Source of the DNA: a virus
Taxonomy: Duplodnaviria > Caudoviricetes
Reading direction: 5' to 3' (one strand)
DNA: 26,232 bases
Virus record (IMG/VR): IMGVR_UViG_3300008255_000426
Coordinates: 1 to 26,232 of that record
Both the position numbers and the translations under genes were made by a program. Shown here one piece after another: positions 17,078 through 23,383 of the stretch. The notes under the pieces are model-generated. The model had not been told where the DNA came from. It made no database searches and saw only the letters and a list, made by a program, of their open reading frames with translations. Position 1 is the first letter of the stretch; each line of letters opens with the position of its first letter.

Positions 17078-17118
17078 GGGTGGCGCGGCTTTCACCACGA
17101 GTGGTGGTCCGCGGCGTG

Positions 17119-17160
17119 AGTGTAGCACACGCCCCACCGCGTACAGGACGCGGTGGGGCG
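17119..17160 (-). promoter_or_regulatory. 13-bp hairpin closing the accessory island, abutting an extended -10 (TGcTACACT) for the capsid operon
   Basis: cgccccaccgcgt-acagg-acgcggtggggcg (17130-17160). TGCTACACT at 17127-17119. Confidence 0.55.
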
Positions 17161-17179
17161 CGGGGGTGGCGGGGGTGGC

Positions 17180-17374
17180 CTAGCAGGGCACGTGCTGGTC
17201 CAGGAGCGCCCGTAGGTACTCGCTGGCCGTGGTGGTGCCGCGGGCCTTCTCGATCCGCTTGGCGAGGGCTTGGGGGACGCGGGCGCTGACCTTGACGCTG
17301 CCCTTCGGGTCGATGGGGTCGGGGACGAAGTCACCGAGGTTGCGGCGGCTGGTGATGCTGCGGCGGTCGGGCAC
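17180..17374 (-). CDS. Ribbon-helix-helix (CopG/Arc/MetJ-like) DNA-binding protein
   Basis: SD AAGGAGG then GTG at 17374 (alternative ATG at 17410). SVKVSARVPQALAKRIEKARG-TTTASEYLRALL has the strand-helix-turn-helix RHH pattern. Confidence 0.78.
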   Translation of the reverse strand: MPDRRSITSRRNLGDFVPDPIDPKGSVKVSARVPQALAKRIEKARGTTTASEYLRALLDQHVPC

Positions 17375-17406
17375 GGTGGCCTCCTTGGGGGTGGTGCGGC
17401 GGGCGC

Positions 17407-17685
17407 TCATGCGGCGCGGCCGATCTTGGCGAGGCAGGCGCTGACGGCTTCGTCGGGGGTGCCGCCGTCGGAGGCGTCGAGGCCGTGGGCGCTGCTGTTG
17501 TGGGGGTGCGCGCACCAGACCGGGCGGCCGTGGTCGTCGGTGTAGTCGCGGCGGCGGATCAGGCGCAGGAACCGGAACCCGCGCGCGGTGTTGACGGTCA
17601 GGGCGTACGCCTCGGCCTCGCCGCGCTGGACCTGGACGGCGAACGGCTGCGCCAGCACGTCGGGGCTGGACAGGGTCGGGGTCAC
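17407..17685 (-). CDS. Hypothetical protein (92 aa)
   Basis: GTG at 17685 overlaps the upstream TGA; protein-like sequence ending GGTPDEAVSACLAKI. Confidence 0.65.
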   Translation of the reverse strand: MTPTLSSPDVLAQPFAVQVQRGEAEAYALTVNTARGFRFLRLIRRRDYTDDHGRPVWCAHPHNSSAHGLDASDGGTPDEAVSACLAKIGRAA

Positions 17686-18116
17686 AGGGCGCCGCCGTCG
17701 TGGCGCAGGACGCGCGCGAGGCTGGCGACGGTGGCGTCGCGGTCGAGGGTGCGCCATTCCGCCTGGCCCGCGTGGGCGTCCCAGATTTCGGCGGCGACGG
17801 CTTCGGCGGCGGGGGTGCCGCGGCTGGTCGTCCAGATGGTGACGGTCGCGGTGGGGGAGGCGCCGCCGAGGAGGCGGGTCCAGAGGGCGCGGTCGAAGTC
17901 GGGCGCCCACGGCCGGGTGCGCTCGGGCGTCGAGGCGCCCAGGACGGCGCGCGCCTTGGCGCGGGCGGCGGCGCGGTCGGCTGCCCGGCGGTAGTCGAAG
18001 GCGAGCCACAGGGCCGACAGGGCGGCCTCCAGCGCGTCGATCCGGTCGAGCGCCCGGCCGACGGCGGGGTCGGCCATGGACTGTGTCAGCAGGTGGTGGC
18101 GGTCGGCGGTGGTCAT
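17682..18116 (-). CDS. Hypothetical protein
   Basis: SD AAGGAGG then ATGACCACC at 18116 (alternative ATG at 18140). Confidence 0.7.
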   Translation of the reverse strand: MTTADRHHLLTQSMADPAVGRALDRIDALEAALSALWLAFDYRRAADRAAARAKARAVLGASTPERTRPWAPDFDRALWTRLLGGASPTATVTIWTTSRGTPAAEAVAAEIWDAHAGQAEWRTLDRDATVASLARVLRHDGGAL

Positions 18117-18136
18117 GGTGTCCTCCTTGGGGGCGC

Positions 18137-18349
18137 TCATTCCAGCGCCTCGGCGATGATCCGGTCGGCCTGCTCGGCGAGGTAGAGGGCGGTGGCGATG
18201 TCGGCGCGGGTGACGCCGCCGACGCGGCCGTCGGTGAGGGTGTCGGCGGTGGCCTTCGCCATCATGCGGGCGGCGTCGGCGAGGTTGGCGGCGGCCTTGG
18301 CGATGGTGACGGCGTCGAGGGCGGGCGGGGTGTTCGGGGTGGTGGTCAT
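18137..18349 (-). CDS. Small helical hypothetical protein (70 aa)
   Basis: SD AGGAGG then ATGACCACC. Confidence 0.72.
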   Translation of the reverse strand: MTTTPNTPPALDAVTIAKAAANLADAARMMAKATADTLTDGRVGGVTRADIATALYLAEQADRIIAEALE

Positions 18350-18369
18350 GGGGTCCTCCTGGAGGGGGT

Positions 18370-18394
18370 GGCGCCGGTCGCGGGGACCGGCGCC
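18370..18394. other. 10-bp intergenic hairpin
   Basis: ggcgccggtc-gcggg-gaccggcgcc. Confidence 0.5.
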
Positions 18395-18407
18395 CGAGGG
18401 GTGGGGG

Positions 18408-18665
18408 TCAGTCGCGGGGGTAGTCCTTGTCGGCGGCGGCCCACATCTCCTCGTAGTCGGCGGCCTTGGCTTCGACTTCGGAGGTGATGCCGAGGGCGGC
18501 GGCGGCGGTGCGGATGCCGTCGCCGACGCCGTTGGCGAAGGTGATCGTCGAGGGGGTGTTCGTGGCGCTGCGGGCGACGCGGGCGGAGGCGGCGAGTTCT
18601 TCGGCGAGGGCGCGGATGATCGAGGCGGTGCGGGTGGGGCGGACGGCGTTCTGGGTGGTGGTCAT
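18408..18665 (-). CDS. Hypothetical protein (85 aa), probably leaderless
   Basis: ATG lies 6 nt after TATACT, with no SD. Confidence 0.75.
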   Translation of the reverse strand: MTTTQNAVRPTRTASIIRALAEELAASARVARSATNTPSTITFANGVGDGIRTAAAALGITSEVEAKAADYEEMWAAADKDYPRD

Positions 18666-18671
18666 GAACAG

Positions 18672-18700
18672 AGTATAGGGCGTCCCCGCGCTACTGTCAA
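18672..18700 (-). promoter_or_regulatory. Repeated promoter/operator, copy 1
   Basis: TTGACA-GTAGCGCGGGGACGCCC(17)-TATACT-CTGTTC-ATG. Confidence 0.88.
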
Positions 18701-18726
18701 CCCCCCCGGCCGCAGGGCCGAGGGGG
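18701..18726 (-). terminator. GC hairpin after the SprT-like gene, abutting the -35 of copy 1
   Basis: CCCCCTCGGCC-CTGC-GGCCGGGGGGG on the minus strand (one G-U). Confidence 0.55.
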
Positions 18727-18746
18727 CGAGGTCGGATCGGCGCCGC

Positions 18747-19205
18747 TCAGGCGTCGCGCACGAAGTCCAGCACGTGCCGCTCGCCGCGCTGGTAGCAGGG
18801 GCCGCAGTAGTAGCGGCGCGTCGTGCGGCGCTCGCGGCCCGAGCGGGCGCCGCAGCAGGGGCAGACCAGGGCGTACTTCGACGGCGGCACCACGACCTGC
18901 TGGAGGCTCGCCGTGCGGTTCGGGCGGGCGCCGAGGCGGACGCACGCGGCCTTCCAGGCGGCGCCGTGCTTGGCGCCGGGCGTCAGGGCGTGGGCGATCT
19001 CGTGAAGGATGGTGTCCAGCACCTCGGCCTCGGCGTTCAGTTGGGCGAACGGGCGGCTGAGCGTGATGGTGCGGGCGGCGTAGTTGCAGGTGCCGAGGGT
19101 GCGCTTGCCGCGGCCCCAGACGAAGGTCCAGCCGCGGTGGCCGTTGTCGGTGAGGTGCTGGCGGATCAAGCGCTCGGCGAGGCGGCGGGCGTCGGTGGCG
19201 TTCAC
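18747..19205 (-). CDS. SprT-like zinc metalloprotease with C-terminal Zn ribbon
   Basis: GTG at 19205 overlaps the upstream TGA. KRTLGTC...ITLS...DTILHEIAHAL...HGAAWK, then CPCC...CGPC. Confidence 0.88.
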   Translation of the reverse strand: MNATDARRLAERLIRQHLTDNGHRGWTFVWGRGKRTLGTCNYAARTITLSRPFAQLNAEAEVLDTILHEIAHALTPGAKHGAAWKAACVRLGARPNRTASLQQVVVPPSKYALVCPCCGARSGRERRTTRRYYCGPCYQRGERHVLDFVRDA

Positions 19206-19486
19206 TTGGCGCCCCCCAGGTAGAACGCGGCGGGGGAGACATCGGTCCCGGCGTCGGCGGCGCAGACGGCGTCGATCCAGGCGATGAGGGCGGCGGGGTC
19301 GCGGCGCTCCAGGTCGTCGAGGAGCCAGGCGCGCACGTCGATCACGGCGAGGCGGTCGTCCTGGGGGAGGGCGTAGTCGGCCATGAGGGCGTCGGTGTGG
19401 TCCCATTGTTCGACGACCTGGGCGGTGGTGAGGGCGGCGAGGCGGGCGGCGGCGATGCGGGCGGCGTCCTTGCGGGTGGTGGTCAT
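19202..19486 (-). CDS. Hypothetical protein (94 aa), probably leaderless
   Basis: ATG lies 6 nt after TATTCT. Acidic helical protein. Confidence 0.75.
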   Translation of the reverse strand: MTTTRKDAARIAAARLAALTTAQVVEQWDHTDALMADYALPQDDRLAVIDVRAWLLDDLERRDPAALIAWIDAVCAADAGTDVSPAAFYLGGAK

Positions 19487-19492
19487 GAGTAG

Positions 19493-19521
19493 AGAATAGC
19501 GTGTCCCCGCGCTACGGTCAA
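19493..19521 (-). promoter_or_regulatory. Repeated promoter/operator, copy 2
   Basis: TTGACC-GTAGCGCGGGGACACGC(17)-TATTCT-CTACTC-ATG. Confidence 0.85.
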
Positions 19522-19537
19522 CCCCCCAGCACGAGCA

Positions 19538-19564
19538 CGCCCCCGGTCGATCCGACCGGGGGCG
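19538..19564 (-). terminator. 12-bp GC hairpin between cassettes
   Basis: cgcccccggtcg-atc-cgaccgggggcg; U-tract is weak. Confidence 0.6.
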
Positions 19565-19585
19565 CCTGGGGGCGGGGGCGGGCGC

Positions 19586-19828
19586 TCAGCCGTAGACGGT
19601 CGCGGCGAAGGGGGCGCCATCGGGCAGCGCGAGCGGGGGCATGGCGCAGATCAGGTCGCCGTCGGCGTCGTAGGCGACGACGGCGAAGCCAGCGCGGGCG
19701 GGCTGGACGCGGAACGTGAAGGACGGGCCTTCGGTGTCCAGCCAGCGCAGCGCCGCGCTGTCGGATTGGGCGAGGGCGAAGGCGATGGCCTGGGCGTGCG
19801 CTTCGGTGGGGTAGATGCCGGTGGTCAT
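19586..19828 (-). CDS. Hypothetical protein (80 aa), probably leaderless
   Basis: ATGACCACC at 19828, 6 nt after GATTCT. Begins MTTGIYPTEAHAQAIA. Confidence 0.72.
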   Translation of the reverse strand: MTTGIYPTEAHAQAIAFALAQSDSAALRWLDTEGPSFTFRVQPARAGFAVVAYDADGDLICAMPPLALPDGAPFAATVYG

Positions 19829-19834
19829 GAGTAG

Positions 19835-19863
19835 AGAATCGCGCGTCCCCGCCCTACTGGCAA
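19835..19863 (-). promoter_or_regulatory. Repeated promoter/operator, copy 3 (most degenerate)
   Basis: TTGCCA-GTAGGGCGGGGACGCGC(17)-GATTCT-CTACTC-ATG. Confidence 0.78.
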
Positions 19864-19876
19864 CCCCCACACGGGA

Positions 19877-19903
19877 ACGCCCCCGGCGGGATGCCGGGGG
19901 CGT
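19877..19903 (-). terminator. 11-bp GC hairpin between cassettes
   Basis: acgcccccggc-gggat-gccgggggcgt; shares its outer stem with 19538-19564. Confidence 0.6.
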
Positions 19904-19923
19904 CGGTGCGGGTGCGCGCTCGA

Positions 19924-20061
19924 TCAGGCCAGCGGGGCGACCTCCCAGAACCCGTCGAGGGCGTCGCCGCGGAGGCAGCGGATGCGAACGGGGGCGAGGG
20001 TGGACGCCTGGTAGGCGCGGGCGTCGGCGAGGGTGGCGAAGTAGACGGTCGTGGTGGTCAT
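19924..20061 (-). CDS. Small hypothetical protein (45 aa), not in the ORF track
   Basis: SD AGGAGG then ATGACCACC. Manual translation: MTTTTVYFATLADARAYQASTLAPVRIRCLRGDALDGFWEVAPLA*. Confidence 0.7.
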   Translation of the reverse strand: MTTTTVYFATLADARAYQASTLAPVRIRCLRGDALDGFWEVAPLA

Positions 20062-20081
20062 GTCGTTCCTCCTCGCCTCAC

Positions 20082-20110
20082 ATCGTAGCGCGTCCCCGCG
20101 CTACTGTCAA
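20082..20110 (-). promoter_or_regulatory. Repeated promoter/operator, copy 4 (perfect dyad)
   Basis: TTGACA-GTAGCGCGGGGACGCGC(17)-TACGAT. Dyad GTAGCGCG-GGGA-CGCGCTAC at 20085-20104. The -35 contains the upstream gene's TGA. Confidence 0.88.
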
Positions 20111-20325
20111 CCCTCCCGAGGCAGGTACGTCAGGCCGCCATCCCCAGGGAACGGCCGCCGGTGATCGTTCGCCCCCGACGCGATCTCGTCGGGCACGCCC
20201 TCGGGGAACGCGTCACACGCCGCCGCCCCCCGATGCTTCCGCGCACAGGACCAGCACGCGACCACCGGCTGCGCGGGGAAGTCCCCGCCAAACTTGTCCT
20301 CCGGGTCGTAACCGTCACGGTTCAT
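20107..20325 (-). CDS. Small Cys/His protein, candidate immunity protein of the MuF-ART toxin
   Basis: CxxC...CDAFPEGVPDEI..G.NDH..PFPGD.G pattern. Overlaps the toxin gene end by 11 nt. Immunity role is inferred from position. Confidence 0.68.
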   Translation of the reverse strand: MNRDGYDPEDKFGGDFPAQPVVACWSCARKHRGAAACDAFPEGVPDEIASGANDHRRPFPGDGGLTYLPREG

Positions 20326-21862
20326 ATGGCAGCAGTTCCCCTCTGAGTCGCATCGTCGACCCCTCCATCTTCGCGCTCAGGACGCGGAACCGCGACCCAG
20401 GCGGCAGGATGAACTCCATCTCTGACGAGTAGTTGGACCACGCTTCAGCATAGACGCCAGGGTGGCCCGCCCGCGCCTCGATCTCCAGCAGCACCCGCAC
20501 CTCGCTCGACCCGCCGAAGGACAGGTGCCCGTCGCGCACCGTCGTCGACATGAAACCCTTGTCCTGGACGACGGTCCCGACGTAGTCGTCGATGTCCGCG
20601 GGGAAGATCGACCGCGGCGCACCGTACGACCGGCGCAGCACCACGTCGGCGGGCAGGTCGAACTTGCCGATCAGCGCGGTCGCCTTGTCGACCTTCTCGA
20701 CGACGTACTGGTACGTCCCATCCGGGCGCCCCTGGCGCAGGTAGCGGTTCATGGGGCCGTAGTCGCCCCCGGTGTAGTCCTTCAGCGCCTGGAACTGGCC
20801 GCTGCCCTTCGCCTGGCGGGCGCTGACGCGCCGCGACGAGTGCGCTTCCCTGAAGGTCTTACTCGCGTCCCACTCGCTGAGCGGCTGGAAGGGGCGCGCC
20901 ATGTCCATCTTCGGCGCCTTCGGCGTGCGCGGCTTCCGGGGCCGCTTCGGCTTCGGCGCCGCCGCGGGGGCCGGGGCGGGCGGTGGGGGTGGCGGTGGCG
21001 CGGGCTGAGGCGGCGCTGGCGGCGGCGGCGCTGGCGGCGCGGCCACCGGGGGCGGCGGCGCCACCGGGCCGGGCAGGGGCACCTTCTGGCCCGCAGCGGA
21101 CCCCCACACGCGCTCCATCACGGAGTAGGCGGTCGCGTTGACCTGTTCGACAGGCGCGCCCCACTTCGCCGCGAACGCCGCGCGCAACTGCGGCGGCGCA
21201 TCCTGCAGCGCCAGCGCGCTCCAGTCGGGGCCGTACGTCTCGCGCGCCAGCCCGAAGCCAGCCTGCGGGTCGAGGTCCCCGACCGCGTTCGGGTTCATCG
21301 TCACGCCCTTCTTGCTCGCCTCGGCGCGGCTCATCGTGCGGATCGAGGAGCGGCAGCGGTGGTGCAGCGGCGGCGTGTTCCGCGCCCACCACGGGTCGTT
21401 TGCGGGGTAGACGATCCCGTCGCGGCGCTTGCAGATGTCGGTGGTCGCCTCGTCGAGGATGGCGTCGAACTGCCAGAAGGGCCGCGCGATCAGCACGTCC
21501 GGTTCGGTCATGAGTTCGCGCCGACCGTCGTTGTACGCGGTCTGCACGGCGTTGCGGTAGATCGTCTCGGCCCTGAACCCTGGGTTGGCGACGGTGCCCG
21601 CCCACTCGGCCTCCAACTTCGCCAGCGCCCGCGCGCGGAACCCGCGCAGGCTGGTGCCGTCCTTCATGGTGTCGACCACGTCGACCATCACGCTCTTGAC
21701 CATCTCGACGCTGGCGGCGCCCGACAGGCTGAACGCCTCGCGGCGCCAGCCCGACGCCATCTCGTAGAACGCCTCGGGCGTCATGGGGACGCGCGTCAGG
21801 AACCACAGCAGCGCCTCGGCGAAGTCGGTGGGCTTCGCGGGCGCGGTCCAGGGGGACGCCAC
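20315..21862 (-). CDS. MuF (Mu gpF / SPP1 gp7-like) head morphogenesis protein fused to a C-terminal ADP-ribosyltransferase
   Basis: GTG at 21862 just after the portal stop. MuF motifs: ETIYRNAVQTAYNDGR, WQFDAILDEATTDIC, PPLHHRCRS. Pro-rich linker. ART motifs: ALKDYTG..Y..MNRYLR, VVLRR, DKGFMSTT, SEMEFILPPGSRFRV. Confidence 0.9.
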   Translation of the reverse strand: MASPWTAPAKPTDFAEALLWFLTRVPMTPEAFYEMASGWRREAFSLSGAASVEMVKSVMVDVVDTMKDGTSLRGFRARALAKLEAEWAGTVANPGFRAETIYRNAVQTAYNDGRRELMTEPDVLIARPFWQFDAILDEATTDICKRRDGIVYPANDPWWARNTPPLHHRCRSSIRTMSRAEASKKGVTMNPNAVGDLDPQAGFGLARETYGPDWSALALQDAPPQLRAAFAAKWGAPVEQVNATAYSVMERVWGSAAGQKVPLPGPVAPPPPVAAPPAPPPPAPPQPAPPPPPPPAPAPAAAPKPKRPRKPRTPKAPKMDMARPFQPLSEWDASKTFREAHSSRRVSARQAKGSGQFQALKDYTGGDYGPMNRYLRQGRPDGTYQYVVEKVDKATALIGKFDLPADVVLRRSYGAPRSIFPADIDDYVGTVVQDKGFMSTTVRDGHLSFGGSSEVRVLLEIEARAGHPGVYAEAWSNYSSEMEFILPPGSRFRVLSAKMEGSTMRLRGELLPYEP

Positions 21863-21864
21863 GG

Positions 21865-23379
21865 TTACAAGTCCTCGACGACCGCCCGGCGCCCGGCGAG
21901 GTCGGCGAGGACGATGGCCTCCTCCAGCCCGGCGAGCATGTCGGGTTCGACCTCGTCGAAGATGCGCAGCAGCCGCTCGCGCAGCACCTCCAGACCCTCG
22001 GGCGTCTCGTCGGTCTGGCGGATCAGGTCGGCGAGCGCCTGCAGGGTGCCGCTCATGCGGGCGAGCGGCGCGGCGTTGCGCACGAGGCGGTCGGCGTACA
22101 TCTGGCCGCGCACGAAGCCGCCGATGTTCTCCCGGTCGCCGCTGGCGAGCGCCACGCGCGGCCGCTCCTCGGTGGCCTTCATGCGCTGCGTCAGGCCGCG
22201 CACGACGGCGCGCGGCAGGTTGTACTCCTCGGCCAGCACGTCCACGTCGAGGGGCACGCCGAGATCGAGCCAGGCGCCGACGGCGACGGCGAGCGCCTGC
22301 ATGGCCTCGGCCTTGACCTTCTGACCGGCGGCCGTCTCCTCGACGTTCTCGGGCGGGGTGGTGTCCCAGCGCGCCCACGGGGCGCGGTCGGCGTTGCCGA
22401 AGTTGATCAGGGTCCACGCGCGGATGCTCTGCTCATGGAGGGCGGTGCTGAACGTCTGCTCGTCGCTGGCGATCATGTCGCCGCGGATCGTCTCGTGAAC
22501 CTGCGCGGCGGCGAGGCTGCCGCCCTTGACCTCGGTGGTGAGCGTCTGCCCGGCGATGGTGACGCTGATCCCGGCGTTCGCCGCCTCGATCTGGCGCTCA
22601 AACGTCTCCCAGGAGTTCGCGGTGGCCTCGACCATCTTGATGTCGAACCCGGCGGGCAGGGCGATGCCGGTCACGCCGCTGACCGCCTGGAGGTCGCTGG
22701 CGAGTTCGTCGCGGTCGGCGCGGCTGCTGCCGTCGGGGGTGGTGCCGACGCGCAGCGGGTTGCCGTGCGCCTCGCTGTACGAACCCCAGTCCAACTGCGC
22801 AAACCGCTTCAGGAGCCACCAGCCGCTCAGGCCGAGCCAGAGGCCGCCGCGCCACGCCTTCGCGGCGCCGCCGGGCTGGTAGACCAGCCACTTCGGATCG
22901 GTCGGGCCGATCCGCACGTCGCCGGTGGTGGTGCTGAGGTACCAGGCTCCGTGGTCGTGGTCCCACCGCAGCCACCGGGGCGACCAGACGCGCAGGCGGG
23001 GGATGAACCGGCCGCCGCTGAGTTCCCACACCTGTTCGGCGATGCCGACGCCGACGCCGAGGCCCCAGGTCATGAGGTCGGCCAGGTCGTTCTCCGGGAA
23101 GGCGCGCCAGAAGTCCGTCTCCAGCGCGGTCGTCTCGGGCGTGGGCTGGTCGCCTTCGTGCGGCTCAAAGCGCAGGGGGCTCTTGATCAGGCCGCGGACG
23201 CGGGTGCCGAGGACGCCCGCGATGCGGTCGTCGGTGCGCATCGCCTCAAAGAGGTCCGCGGCCAGCAGCAGGTTGCCCTGGTCGGCCTGGCGGCGGGCGG
23301 TGCGCACGCGCTCGGGCGTCCAGTCCTCGCGGGTGGTGTAGGAGCGGGGTCGGTACGTCAGGTCTGGGGGCTTCGGCAC
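21865..23379 (-). CDS. Portal protein, DUF935 / Mu gp29-like
   Basis: SD GGAGGT then GTG at 23379. DLFEAMRTDDRIAGVL, W..YSE.HGNPLRVG and GQTLTTE..GGSLAAAQVHE motifs. Confidence 0.9.
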   Translation of the reverse strand: MPKPPDLTYRPRSYTTREDWTPERVRTARRQADQGNLLLAADLFEAMRTDDRIAGVLGTRVRGLIKSPLRFEPHEGDQPTPETTALETDFWRAFPENDLADLMTWGLGVGVGIAEQVWELSGGRFIPRLRVWSPRWLRWDHDHGAWYLSTTTGDVRIGPTDPKWLVYQPGGAAKAWRGGLWLGLSGWWLLKRFAQLDWGSYSEAHGNPLRVGTTPDGSSRADRDELASDLQAVSGVTGIALPAGFDIKMVEATANSWETFERQIEAANAGISVTIAGQTLTTEVKGGSLAAAQVHETIRGDMIASDEQTFSTALHEQSIRAWTLINFGNADRAPWARWDTTPPENVEETAAGQKVKAEAMQALAVAVGAWLDLGVPLDVDVLAEEYNLPRAVVRGLTQRMKATEERPRVALASGDRENIGGFVRGQMYADRLVRNAAPLARMSGTLQALADLIRQTDETPEGLEVLRERLLRIFDEVEPDMLAGLEEAIVLADLAGRRAVVEDL

Positions 23380-23383
23380 GCTG

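Noticed and set aside
18675-20110. GTCCCCGCGC repeats resemble the first half of a type I-E CRISPR repeat (array or RNA anti-CRISPR)
   Set aside because: The second GCGGGG arm is missing, the copies are 250-820 bp apart with genes between them, no cas genes are present, and they fit -35/N17/-10 geometry exactly.
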